A DNA stretch of 64,000 nucleotides. Source: Pelagomonas calceolata. Its lineage: Eukaryota. Below are positions 19,583 to 28,994 of this stretch, one piece after another (positions within the stretch are counted from its first letter, which is position 1; the number at the start of each line of letters is the position of its first letter). A program made the position numbers and the translations under genes. The stretch spans positions 3,844,001 through 3,908,000 of the forward strand of contig CAKKNE010000002.1 in the NCBI GenBank assembly GCA_918797485.1, given 5' to 3'. The notes below the pieces were generated by a model. That model searched no databases, was not told where the DNA came from, and was given only the letters and a program-made list of their open reading frames with translations.

Positions 19583-21031
19583 ATGAAGAACCAAGGCAAG
19601 ACCCTCGAGCCCCTCGCGCGCAAGCTGCGACGCGGCGCCCCCGAGGGCGACGACGCGGCGGACGGCGCGAAGAGCCGGCTCCGCCTCCTCTCGGACGAGG
19701 TAGTGCGCGTCGTCGCATCGTATCTGCCCGCCGTGGAGACGCCCGGCGTGCGGCCGCCCGCCGCAATGTGCTTTCGGTGCGGCGGAGCAGAAGGGCAAGT
19801 AAGAAGGCTGCGGACCTGCGGCTGCGCCAGGGCGAGAACGTATTGCGACGGCTGTCACCAGGTTAGACAAACACACAGTCCACTTTTTGAGCCATGCGAA
19901 GCATCGTGTCAGATGCCGTCGTCGTACGTGCCATCGACGACGCTGCTGCGCTTCGTCCGGCGCGCCGCCGGTTCATCATTATCGAGGCGCGACCGCGACA
20001 TGGCCGCGCTCGCGTTCGTGAAGCTGCGCCTGCTGGAGGCCGGGCGGGAGGTGTCGGCGGAGAGATGGCGCAACGTCCTCGGCGACGACTTCCGCCCCGC
20101 CCCGCGCACGTCGGCCTGGCTGCGGCGCTTCGGCCACACGGAAGCCGCGATCCGGTGGATCCAGCCCGGCGGCGCCAAGTTCGCGCAGTGGTTCCAGCGG
20201 GCGTCTCTGACGCAGCGGCGCACGCGCCGCGTGCCGGAGGACTACGCCACGGTCCAGATGGCCGTGTGGGCCGCGAACGCCGGCGACCGCGTCCTCGTGG
20301 CGCCCGGCACCTACAACGAAGCGGTCGAGGTGACCAAAGACGTCATCATCGAGCCGTCTAGCGGCCGGGCCACCATCCAGTCCGTCGAGGTGAGTTATGG
20401 CGTCCGGGACGAGCCCACGGTCTTCCTCGTCAACCTGGACGTCTACTGCCCGGCGTTTATCCGCGATCGCCCGGCGTGCAAGGTCGAGGGCGCGCGGCTC
20501 GTCATGGTCGACTGCCACGTGCGCTCGGCGTCGGTCTCCGGCGTCGTCGCGGAAGATGACTGGGCGCAACTGCGGCTCATTCGGTGCCTCCTCCACGACT
20601 GCGGCGAGTCGGGCGTCTTCGTGCGCGGCGCGAAGTGCGCGCTCGACGACTGTCGCTTCCTCCGGAACAAGGCGTCGGGCCTCTCGGCGCACGGCCGCGC
20701 CGAGGCCAGCGCTAGGGGGTGCCACTTCCTCGACAACAAGGAGAACGGCGTCCACGCGTCGAACGCGACGGTGACGCTGCGCCACTGTGTTGCGAACGGC
20801 AACGAACGGCGGTCCACTTTCGTGCAGCACGGCGGCCGCGTCGACGTCGACAAGACCTGTTCGCTCGCCGCGTCCGTCGGCGCCTACTGCATACGAAGCG
20901 GCAAGGGCGCGAATCGCACGCCCAGGACCGAGGCGCAGGCGCGGGCCGCCGCGGCGATACTGCCGCCGGCCGCGATGGCGCCGCCGCCGCCGGCCACCGC
21001 GCCGCCGCCCGGGGAACCCCCCCGCCGCTAA
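19583..21031 (+). CDS. Right-handed beta-helix protein with F-box-like and MYND-like segments
   Basis: LRLLSDEVVRVVASYLP; CFRC...CGC...YCDGCHQ; VPEDYATVQMAV..GDRVLVAPGTYNE followed by PbH1-type repeats. Confidence 0.75.
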   Translation: MKNQGKTLEPLARKLRRGAPEGDDAADGAKSRLRLLSDEVVRVVASYLPAVETPGVRPPAAMCFRCGGAEGQVRRLRTCGCARARTYCDGCHQVRQTHSPLFEPCEASCQMPSSYVPSTTLLRFVRRAAGSSLSRRDRDMAALAFVKLRLLEAGREVSAERWRNVLGDDFRPAPRTSAWLRRFGHTEAAIRWIQPGGAKFAQWFQRASLTQRRTRRVPEDYATVQMAVWAANAGDRVLVAPGTYNEAVEVTKDVIIEPSSGRATIQSVEVSYGVRDEPTVFLVNLDVYCPAFIRDRPACKVEGARLVMVDCHVRSASVSGVVAEDDWAQLRLIRCLLHDCGESGVFVRGAKCALDDCRFLRNKASGLSAHGRAEASARGCHFLDNKENGVHASNATVTLRHCVANGNERRSTFVQHGGRVDVDKTCSLAASVGAYCIRSGKGANRTPRTEAQARAAAAILPPAAMAPPPPATAPPPGEPPRR

Positions 21032-21059
21032 ACGCCATTGATTGTCTTAATCACAAATC

Positions 21060-23156
21060 TCACGGAGTCCCGCCCCCGAACGCGAGCGCCTTCGCCGCCG
21101 CGGACGCGTCGAGGTCGACGAGGATGGCGGTCACGTTGTCGCGCGACCGCCGGCGCACGCACTCGGCGACGAGCGCGTCGCACTGCGCGTCGAGGCCCTC
21201 GACGCACGAGTCGAGGATGGCGCCGCACTCCTCGCCCGTCAGCACGTCCCAGAGGCCGTCGCACGCGAGGAGGACGCAGGACCGCTCGCCGCCGCGGCAC
21301 TCCTGCAACGAGAGCGCGCGCGCGTCCGCCTCGCACGTCACGGCGCGCTCCGTCGCCGTCTTGAAGACGAAATCCCCTAAAGCGCGCGTCGTCTGGAGCG
21401 CGCCGTTCTCGACGACCGCGCCGTCGACCTTCCGCGCGACGCGCGGTGCGTCGTTCTCGCGCCGCAAGACCCCGAAGTTTTGTAAGGAGTCGATGCGCGC
21501 CGCCTCCGCCGGCGAGCCCGCGGTGTGGTCGGCCAGCGTCAGATCTTGGGACGACCACTTTCCCCCCTGCTTCCGGAGCAGCGCGCCGCGCGAGTCGCCC
21601 AGGTGGGCCACGACGACCTCGGTCCGCGTCACGAGACAGAGCAACGCCGTCGCGCCGCTCTCGTCCTCCGCCACCAAAGGCCCGGTCCCGCCGCGGCCGC
21701 TCCTTCTTGATTTAACGAGGCGCGGGTGCTGCTCGAGTTCCGCGTCTAGCGTCGCGAGTGCATTTTTCAGGGACGCCGCCGGGTCCTCACTCAGCTGCAG
21801 ACACCGCTCAATGTTCGCCGCCGCGTAGTTCGCGACGAGCGACCCCCCGTGGCCGTCGAAGACGGCGTACAACGTCGCGCCGTCCAAGCGACAGACGCAG
21901 TGCGCGTCCTCCATGACGACGCGCCAGCCCGCCGTGCTCGACACGGCGTGCGCCGCGTGCGACTTTTCTGATCGCCGCGGGAGCACCGTCGCGTCGCCGG
22001 GCGAGAAGAGCGTCGCCTCCAAAGCGTCGCGTTTTTGCGCGTCCTTGACGCGCTCGGCGGCCCAGGCGCAGGGCGTCCGGCCGCTCATGTCCATGGGCGC
22101 GTTCTCCCCGACGGGGTCGTCCTGGGAGGCGCTCATGGCCTTGCGCAGCGCGTCGCAGCATCCGACGTGGCCCCGCTCGGCCGCGACGTGCAACGCCGTC
22201 CGCCCCGCCGTGTCGAGCGTCCACGGATCCAATGGAGACTCTTCGATGGCCAAGACGGCTTCGATGACGTGGAGCTGGCCGTGGAAGGCCGCCGCGTGGA
22301 GCACGGACGCCCCGTCGTACACCTTGGGCCCGCACCGCGTCGCTCTAGCCCTCAGCAGCGTCTCGTCCGCCTTGAGCCGTAATGCCAGCGCGTCCAGGGC
22401 CTTCGTGCCCTTGCGCACGCCGCACACGTCATCAAACAAACGCTGGATCCGGCGCCCCTCGGCGTTCGGCGACGCCACGGCCCGCGCCGTCTCCTCGCAG
22501 GCCTCCAGGACCTTCTCGACGGACGCCGCCGAGGCGTTCGACCCCGTCGAGAGCCGCTGCTGGTTGCGCCGCCGCGCGTCGTCGCGCTCGCTCCAGGCGC
22601 TGCCCGGCCGGAAGCGCACGGGGCTGCGCGGCCGCGGCGGCGTCGCGGGCGCGGGGCTGCGCGGCCGCGGCGGCGACCGCGGCCGCGGGGCCGCGCCCGC
22701 CGCCGCCGGCCGGGGCTTGAAGGCCGCCGCCACCTCCGCATCCGGCGCCGCCGTCGAAGCGACGGCGGCGCGGCGCGGCGACAGCTGGCTCGCGCCGACG
22801 ACCCACGCGGTCGGCGACACGAGCGACACGGTCTTGGCCGCTGCTGCCGGTGGCGGCGCGGCGGTCAGGCGCGGCGGCGACTTTGCCGTCGCCGCGCAGG
22901 GCACGCACACGGTCGGCGGCGGCGGCGGGCGGCTCGCGTCCCCGGTCGTCGCGTCGTCCGCCGCTTCGAACGAGTACTGCTGCGGCGGTAGCGGCGGCGC
23001 TGATGTCGCGGCCGCCGCCGCTGCCTTGGGGTCCGGCGCCACGTACTGCGCGAGGCCGCTGAGCAGCGACGGCGCCGCTGTGTGCTCCTCCTCCGGCCCT
23101 TCCCCCGCCGGCAGCGGTGCGAGGATGTCGCCGGCTTTTAGGAAGAGATTGAACAT
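21060..23156 (-). CDS. PP2C (PPM) phosphatase fused to ankyrin repeats
   Basis: GWRVVMEDAH, VFDGHGG, AHLGDSR, TRALGD, LACDGLWDVL, SRDNVT; ankyrin GRTALHVAAERGH. Confidence 0.9.
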   Translation of the reverse strand: MFNLFLKAGDILAPLPAGEGPEEEHTAAPSLLSGLAQYVAPDPKAAAAAATSAPPLPPQQYSFEAADDATTGDASRPPPPPTVCVPCAATAKSPPRLTAAPPPAAAAKTVSLVSPTAWVVGASQLSPRRAAVASTAAPDAEVAAAFKPRPAAAGAAPRPRSPPRPRSPAPATPPRPRSPVRFRPGSAWSERDDARRRNQQRLSTGSNASAASVEKVLEACEETARAVASPNAEGRRIQRLFDDVCGVRKGTKALDALALRLKADETLLRARATRCGPKVYDGASVLHAAAFHGQLHVIEAVLAIEESPLDPWTLDTAGRTALHVAAERGHVGCCDALRKAMSASQDDPVGENAPMDMSGRTPCAWAAERVKDAQKRDALEATLFSPGDATVLPRRSEKSHAAHAVSSTAGWRVVMEDAHCVCRLDGATLYAVFDGHGGSLVANYAAANIERCLQLSEDPAASLKNALATLDAELEQHPRLVKSRRSGRGGTGPLVAEDESGATALLCLVTRTEVVVAHLGDSRGALLRKQGGKWSSQDLTLADHTAGSPAEAARIDSLQNFGVLRRENDAPRVARKVDGAVVENGALQTTRALGDFVFKTATERAVTCEADARALSLQECRGGERSCVLLACDGLWDVLTGEECGAILDSCVEGLDAQCDALVAECVRRRSRDNVTAILVDLDASAAAKALAFGGGTP

Positions 23157-24388
23157 CGTTCAGCCGCAGAGTCTTGCAAACGCAGCGATGAAACGAGCAC
23201 TCAATATATTTAGTGCCGCGGCGCCGCGCGCACAGGCCACGGCGCTAGCGATTTGTGCACACACTAGCCCTCCGTGTGCGCCGTGTGCGCGCGAAATAAA
23301 AATCGCTCCGTTTCACACGTGGGGCTACGAGGGGTGTCCTTGGACCTCGAACGACTGCGCGCAGGCTTCACACACGGAAAAAAACGCGCGCGCGCATGAT
23401 TTTAGCCAAAAGCGCTGCGATGCCTACGATCGGTCACGGCCGCCCGTAAACGCCGCGCGGACTCATTTCGCGCCACGGGACAGTTGCCGACCATACATAC
23501 AACACGTCCGTTGCGCCAGCATGACTTATAACACTCTTTAGGACTCGCACACACCCATGCGCCGAGACGCGTTTTCGCACAAGTGCAGTGCGCGGATGAA
23601 AACCAGCCACTGATCGCTATGACGCGCTGTGGAGTCGCATCGCTCGCTATACGTGATCATGGCAACTGTGGTGCTCCGCCAAACTGGCGGAATCGATCGT
23701 CGCGGCTCGTGCGGTCGTCGGGTGGCCGTCCGCGAATGCGCGACCCGGCTCCCGTCCGCTCTAGGCCTACTAGGGAGGCCCTATGGGCGCGTCGGGTTGG
23801 GCTGTAGGGCGTTTGTTCCTTTCTGGGGCCGGGAGTGGCCAGTAGGTCCCATAGAAAGAGTCCCTGAGAAACCCGTTTAGTATATTTAAGAAATTGAATT
23901 TTAGGAAACAAAGGCGCTAAATGCCCCGACAGGCGGTTTCCGAGCCGATAGAAGCGCTCGCGACGCTCCACGAGTGCTGTGCGACCGCGCGCGTAGCGCG
24001 CATCCATCTGTTCGGCACTTTTGCGATTGCGCGTTCGTTCTCGACTCGATGCGCCGGGCCGGCACGGCTCACAAAATCCTTTGAAGTCGCGTCAGAGGTT
24101 TCGCTGCGTCCCAGAACTCACGCGAAACGATGCCGTGGGCCTCAAAGTTCGCAAAAACGGAAGGGCGTGAAAAATTGCATCTCGGCGATTCTCGGCGAAC
24201 GCGTCTTTCGCGCACAGCGCGCGTCTAGAACCGTTTACAGCTAGAATTTTTGGCGTCGCGGCGCCCTAGGATGTCTGGCAGCTGCTGCGCGCGGTTGCAG
24301 CGCGCGAACGTAGAGTTCGCGGCCGTCGAAAGGCCTCGAGAGCAGTCGTGCCAAAATCCGTCCAAATCGCTAGCGCCGTGGCCTGTGC

Positions 24389-24515
24389 GGCTTCACATGA
24401 GGCCTGTGCTGCACACGCAAAAACACGGCTGGCGGCTCCGCTGCGCAGCTTCGCTGCTCCGCTTCGCTCGCCAACCGTGTTTTTGCGTGTGCAGCACATG
24501 GCCTCATGTGCAGCC
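24389..24515. repeat. Long inverted repeat (foldback/MITE-like)
   Basis: Arms 24394-24434 and 24469-24510 are reverse complements with one indel and one mismatch. Confidence 0.9.
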
Positions 24516-24521
24516 CGGTGA

Positions 24522-24545
24522 GCTAGCGGCCTGTAAGACACTAGC
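24522..24545 (-). promoter_or_regulatory. 24-bp intergenic motif copy (consensus-identical)
   Basis: Minus strand gctagtgtcttacaggccgctagc. Confidence 0.8.
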
Positions 24546-24624
24546 GCCTAGCCGAGGGGTACGGGGGACTAGCACCGTAACATCGACTTAGCACCGTAGG
24601 GTACGGGGGACCCTGCGACGTAAC

Positions 24625-24666
24625 TAGCCTTAGCCTGAGCCTAGCCTGAGCCTGAGCCTGAGCCTG
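24625..24666. repeat. (AGCCTG)n-like microsatellite
   Basis: tagccttagcctgagcctagcctgagcctgagcctgagcctg. Confidence 0.85.
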
Positions 24667-24690
24667 TTATGAAAGAAGCGGCCCGCGCCC

Positions 24691-24762
24691 GCCGCCGATG
24701 AATCGGCGACGCGCGGTGTCTCCCCCCCAGGGGCTCCGCCCACTAGTCCCAGCACCGTAACA
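24691..24762 (-). repeat. ~72-bp dispersed 3'-flank element, full copy (partial copy at 24568-24598)
   Basis: Plus strand gccgccgatgaatcggcgacgcgcggtgtctcccccccaggggctccgcccactagtcccagcaccgtaaca. Confidence 0.95.
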
Positions 24763-24811
24763 TCGACTTAGTCGCGCGCCGATTACGCCGCGAGGCTTAC
24801 TCAACAAAAAA

Positions 24812-25951
24812 TTACGTGTTCTTCTCCGGACTCGTATCGACCACAACATCGACGACCTTCTCCTCCTCCGCGGGCGGCGGCGCCGGCGGCCGCAGCCGCG
24901 GGAACCCGCCCGGCGGCGGCCGCGGCGAGTAGATCTTCGTGCCGGGCGCCGCGAAGCCCAGCCTCGGCCGCCGCGCGAGCGCCCGTCGCGCCCGCCCCGC
25001 GGCGCGGAACGCCGCCTCGTCCGCGAGGCGGCGCTGCGTCTCGCGCGCCATGTACCCCTCGTCAACGACCACCAATTCCGACTCCCACCTGCCCACGCCG
25101 CACTCGTCCCGCAGGTAGGTCGCCACGGCGTCGCGGCCGTCGTAGAGCGCGACCTGCATGAGCGTCGTCTGGACGCGCCGCCCCGCGACGAGCTCGTGAT
25201 CGATAAAACACGGCCGCCGCGCGTCCGCGCCGTGCTTCACTAAAACCTGGAGCGCTTCGAGGTGGCCCGCCCGCGCCGCGAAGAGCGACAGCGTGAAGCC
25301 GTTCCGGTGCAGCCGCTCGCAGTGGACGCCCGTCTCGAGGAGGAACGCGAGCGCGTCCGCCTTGCCGAGCGCCGCGGCGAGGTGCGCCGGCGCGAAGCCC
25401 CGCGTGTCCTCGGCGTCGACGTCGCCGTCGAACTCGTAGAGCGCTCGTAGGCCGTCCCGCGAGTCGATGGCCGCGCACCGGTGCGCCGCGCTCCTCCCGT
25501 GGACGTCCAACGCGTCCGGGGCCGCGCCCAGCCGCAGGAGGCACTTGAGGACGTCCAGCATGTCCGGACTATCGGCTGCGAAGTGCAGGGCCCGCTCGCC
25601 GTCGTCCGTCAGCGCCGCGTCGACGTCGAAGCCCAGCCGCTGCAGCCGACAGACGCGCCCCAGCTGCTTCTTCTGCAGCGCGTCCACGAAGTCGCTCAGA
25701 TGCTCGTCGTCCGTCTTCGCCGGCGGGGCCGCGATCGCCGGTGCTTCCGGGAGCGGCCCCAGCTCCAGGGGCTCCGCCTTCGCCTCCTCGGCGCCCGCCT
25801 CCTCGTCGACGGTGTCCCCATCACTCTCGTCGCTGCTCGACTCGTACCGGAACTGGTGCGTGCGCAGCTGCTGCGCCGTCGCGGCCCAGGGGTAGCGCTC
25901 CCACTGGTTCGCGTCGTCGTCGTCTTGCTGGGCGGCCTTGTCTGCGTCCAT
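24812..25951 (-). CDS. Ankyrin-repeat protein
   Basis: GERALHFAA, GRSAAHRCA, GFAPAHLAAALG, LFAARAGH. Confidence 0.85.
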   Translation of the reverse strand: MDADKAAQQDDDDANQWERYPWAATAQQLRTHQFRYESSSDESDGDTVDEEAGAEEAKAEPLELGPLPEAPAIAAPPAKTDDEHLSDFVDALQKKQLGRVCRLQRLGFDVDAALTDDGERALHFAADSPDMLDVLKCLLRLGAAPDALDVHGRSAAHRCAAIDSRDGLRALYEFDGDVDAEDTRGFAPAHLAAALGKADALAFLLETGVHCERLHRNGFTLSLFAARAGHLEALQVLVKHGADARRPCFIDHELVAGRRVQTTLMQVALYDGRDAVATYLRDECGVGRWESELVVVDEGYMARETQRRLADEAAFRAAGRARRALARRPRLGFAAPGTKIYSPRPPPGGFPRLRPPAPPPAEEEKVVDVVVDTSPEKNT

Positions 25952-26120
25952 CTGCTCGCTCCAGGCGCTGCCTAGCTGGCCGTGGCTATCGCCGCATGTC
26001 CTGCGCTCGCAACGTTTGAAAGGCTCCGATACCTTGCTACTGCGTGAGCTGGACCCTCAGGCAGGAGGAAGGAGGGGGACGAATTAGCGCACAGACATAC
26101 TAGTAATAACAAACGCTCTC

Positions 26121-26269
26121 GCCGCCGATGAATCGGCGGTGCGCGTGTCTCCCCCCAAGGGGCTCCGCCCACTAGTCCTAGCACCGTAACAATATCACCC
26201 CGCGCCGGAGCAATCGACGCGCGGTGTCTCCTACCAGGCGCCCCGCCCACTAGTCCCGGCACCGCAACA
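26121..26269 (-). repeat. Two further copies of the ~72-bp element (26121-26191 and diverged 26215-26269)
   Basis: Direct sequence match to the 24691-24762 copy. Confidence 0.9.
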
Positions 26270-26413
26270 ATAGGAGCAATTGCGGGAGCCCTGAAGTTAA
26301 AGAAGACGGGTGTTACTGCCGGTAGAAAGAAAGCTCGGCGAAGAGGGCGCTCGGACCGAGTGCTCCACGTCGAGCGCCGATAAGCTTCCCCCCAGCTTCT
26401 AGATCCGAGGCTT

Positions 26414-26437
26414 GCTAGTGTCTTACAAACCGCTACG
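26414..26437 (+). promoter_or_regulatory. 24-bp intergenic motif copy
   Basis: gctagtgtcttacaaaccgctacg. Confidence 0.7.
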
Positions 26438-26455
26438 AGCTTGTAGACGCTGCCC

Positions 26456-26527
26456 GCCGCCGATGAATCGGCGACGCGCGGTGTCTCCCCCCCAGGGGCT
26501 CCGCCCACTAGTCCTAGCACCGTAACA
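26456..26527 (-). repeat. ~72-bp element, full copy
   Basis: Near-identical to 24691-24762; about 55 bp past the NUDT1 stop. Confidence 0.95.
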
Positions 26528-26580
26528 TCGACGAGCACGAGTACCACCCAGGAGGGACGAACAAGACTTAGAGAGATAGA

Positions 26581-27237
26581 CTAGGGCGGCGAGATGAAGT
26601 TCCGGTCCGCGCGCGGCGGCTTGAGCGGCGTCGACGACGGGAGCGGCACGACCTCGTGCGCGAGGACGCGGTTCGTGGCCTCGCCTCCCGCCGCGTAGTC
26701 GAACCAGCCCTCGAAGCGCTCGCCCGCCAGGAAGCGCGGCAGCCAGAACGTGTCGTCGTGCCACATCTCCGCGTAGGGGATGGCGTCGACGTCGAACCAG
26801 CGCGGCGCCATCTCCTCCGTCTCGACCGGCTCGCCCGCGAAGCCCTCCGCCGCGAAGACGTGGACGCGCATGAGCTTGCCCGAGTCGCGGAACGTGAACA
26901 GCAGCTGCGCGCGCCACTCCATCCGCTCGGGCACGAGGCCGCTCTCCTCCTCCAATTCCCGCAACGCGCAGTCTCGAACGGTCTCGCCCGCGTCGAACTT
27001 CCCTCCAAAACCATTCCACTTGCCGACGCCGAAGCCGCGCTTCTTCATGCCCAGCAGGAGCTGGCGCTTGCCTTCGTGCGTGCGGAAGCACTCGACGAGC
27101 GTGTAGTCCTTGATGCTGCCGATCGCCTCGACGCCGTCCTCGCGCGTGCGCCGCCGGATCTTGTCGTAGAGCGGCGCGTCGGTGGCGAGCGGCAGCACCG
27201 AGTTGGCGGCGGCACGGGCGTCGGCGTAGGCGGCCAT
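26581..27237 (-). CDS. NUDT1: Oxidized purine nucleoside triphosphatase (MTH1-like Nudix)
   Basis: LLLGMKKRGFGVGKWNGFGGK...ALRELEEESG; ETEEMAPRWF; IPYAEMWHDD. Confidence 0.92.
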   Translation of the reverse strand: MAAYADARAAANSVLPLATDAPLYDKIRRRTREDGVEAIGSIKDYTLVECFRTHEGKRQLLLGMKKRGFGVGKWNGFGGKFDAGETVRDCALRELEEESGLVPERMEWRAQLLFTFRDSGKLMRVHVFAAEGFAGEPVETEEMAPRWFDVDAIPYAEMWHDDTFWLPRFLAGERFEGWFDYAAGGEATNRVLAHEVVPLPSSTPLKPPRADRNFISPP

Positions 27238-27408
27238 GGCGCTTTGTTGCTGCCGCGCTCTGCCGTGAATTGGCCGTCGATCACGGCAGCGAGCAGCTTC
27301 GCAGTGCCGAGATGTCGTGCGGGACAGCGCTCACGTGTAGTTAGCGCTACTGTGTTGACAACGTATGGCGGCGTTTTATCGAAGAGAGCGCGACTTTGGT
27401 TTGAGTTA

Positions 27409-27479
27409 GCTAGATGTAGTAAGACACTAGCAAGCACAGTCCTCCAGGGGCTCCGCCCACTAGTCCTAGCACCGTAACA
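27409..27479 (-). repeat. 24-bp motif (27409-27431) next to a truncated ~72-bp element (27444-27479)
   Basis: Plus strand gctagatgtagtaagacactagc...ccaggggctccgcccactagtcctagcaccgtaaca. Confidence 0.9.
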
Positions 27480-27596
27480 ATACTACTCACGAGAGCTACT
27501 GGATAATACAAGGCCCCCACCGTCGCGCCAGGCCCGGCGCCACTCGTAGGACCGTAACAGATCCCACGCACTCCAAGACGTCCAAAGTTTTAAAAG

Positions 27597-28478
27597 TTAG
27601 ACGCGCCCCTTGGCCCCGGCGATAGACAGCACGCGCGTCGGGCCCGCCTTGGGCTTCGCGTGCGTTGACCGGAAGGGCGGCCGCTCCTTGAGGGACGGCG
27701 GCAGGTGCCGCGTCTTGATGGCGACGGGCTGCCGCCGCAGGGGCAGGGCCGCCCGCCGCCGCGCGACGTCGTCGTAGGGCTCCGGCAAGAGGTCGGGCAC
27801 GGGGCAGAACATCTCGCCGCCCTTGACCGCCCGTCGGAACGGCCCGCTCCGCGTCCAGGGCCGCGTGTTGTCCTTCGCGTACAACGGCTTGTCGGTCTCG
27901 GGCTCGTTCTCCACCTTCCCGAAGGCCCGATTCGCGCACGTCGCGGAGGAGTAGGGCCGCGCCGAGCCGATCTTGGCGCACAGCTCCTTGTGGTGGTCCT
28001 GCTCCTTCTTGAGTTGGATGTCCGTGGCCTCGAAGGGATCCGTGGAGTAGGTCACCATGGGCTGGCCGGTGATCGTCTCGTTGCGGGAGCGACCCTTGGC
28101 CGTGCCCACGTTGCGCGGCGCGATCGTGTCCCGCCGCTTGACCGGGTCGTAGCCGCCCTCGGGCTTGTACTCGATACCCTTCCCGAAGGCCTCGGGCCGC
28201 TGCGACGCATACCGAAAACCCTCGGGCGTCCGAAACTTCTGTTTCGAGGCCTTGCGCACCTTGCCCATCATCTTGTCGTACTCCACATACGGCTCGCCCC
28301 CATAGGCGCCTCTATAATCACAGGGACCATCCCCAAAATTCGCCGCGGTCTTGCCCTTCTTGGACGAGCAGGTCACGAAGTTCCGGCTCTTGTCCCGCCA
28401 CTTCGCGGGGAGGTGCGGCGGCTGGCGCCACTTGTCGCCCGTCGAGAGGAACGTCGGGGGGCTGAAGCAGTAGTCCAT
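27597..28478 (-). CDS. CFAP96/C4orf47 (UPF0602)-like ciliary protein
   Basis: FSPPTFLSTGDKW, NFVTCSSKKG, GEPYVE, ETITG..YSTDPFE resemble UPF0602 motifs as I recall them; ATG at 28478. Confidence 0.65.
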   Translation of the reverse strand: MDYCFSPPTFLSTGDKWRQPPHLPAKWRDKSRNFVTCSSKKGKTAANFGDGPCDYRGAYGGEPYVEYDKMMGKVRKASKQKFRTPEGFRYASQRPEAFGKGIEYKPEGGYDPVKRRDTIAPRNVGTAKGRSRNETITGQPMVTYSTDPFEATDIQLKKEQDHHKELCAKIGSARPYSSATCANRAFGKVENEPETDKPLYAKDNTRPWTRSGPFRRAVKGGEMFCPVPDLLPEPYDDVARRRAALPLRRQPVAIKTRHLPPSLKERPPFRSTHAKPKAGPTRVLSIAGAKGRV

Positions 28479-28994
28479 TTTATTCGCGGCGCGGTGGCCA
28501 GTCTCGGTGGTGCCTCGCGGCGCGTCGACGGCGTGTGCGAGGCCTGGCCGGCAAGGAGGCTCAGTTCGATCAGGGCGCTTGCGCGGGCTGCCCAAGCGCG
28601 GCACGGAGCTGTTTGTGGTCGCTCAAACGACCTCGGCCAGTCGTGTGGCCGGCTAGCGGCGGCGGCGCAGCGGAGAGCCTTGTAGCTTCGCGCTGTGTGA
28701 GTTTGTGTGCGTGAGATGAGGGGGGTTACGACGGACCATGGAGATTTGCCGACGCTCCAGGAGACGTGTGCGGCTGGGAAACGTCCCGAAGACGACTGCT
28801 TGCGACCGTCAGAAAAAAAAAATGTAAAACCCGTCCCGTTTTTAGCCAAAATCCAGTCGACGTGGCTAAAATCCACCTTGAAACGCCCCTTTGCAAGCCG
28901 CAAGGCTGTCGCAGCTTGTGCAAATTGCAGCACGAGCGAGCAGCGCGCGCACGGCCGCAATCCATCCGTAGCCCTTCGAGCAATGCAAGCTGCA

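Noticed and set aside
21913..23541. 542-aa plus-strand ORF, and similar long antisense ORFs (7967-9676, 4088-5020, 27705-28685, 49440-50573)
   Set aside because: Shadow ORFs opposite well-supported genes; expected from high GC and few stop codons; Ala/Arg/Ser-rich with no motifs
24691..24762. 72-bp element as a true tRNA gene
   Set aside because: No acceptor stem or anticodon arm could be folded; several copies are truncated
26414..26527. Hairpin plus CTAG as a Helitron 3' end
   Set aside because: Hairpin-to-CTAG distance and orientation vary between loci and no TC 5' end or Rep/Hel gene was seen; not fully excluded
24691..27479. Clustered repeats as a CRISPR array
   Set aside because: Copies are separated by whole genes or irregular spacers, are dispersed across the window, and have no cas genes in a eukaryotic context
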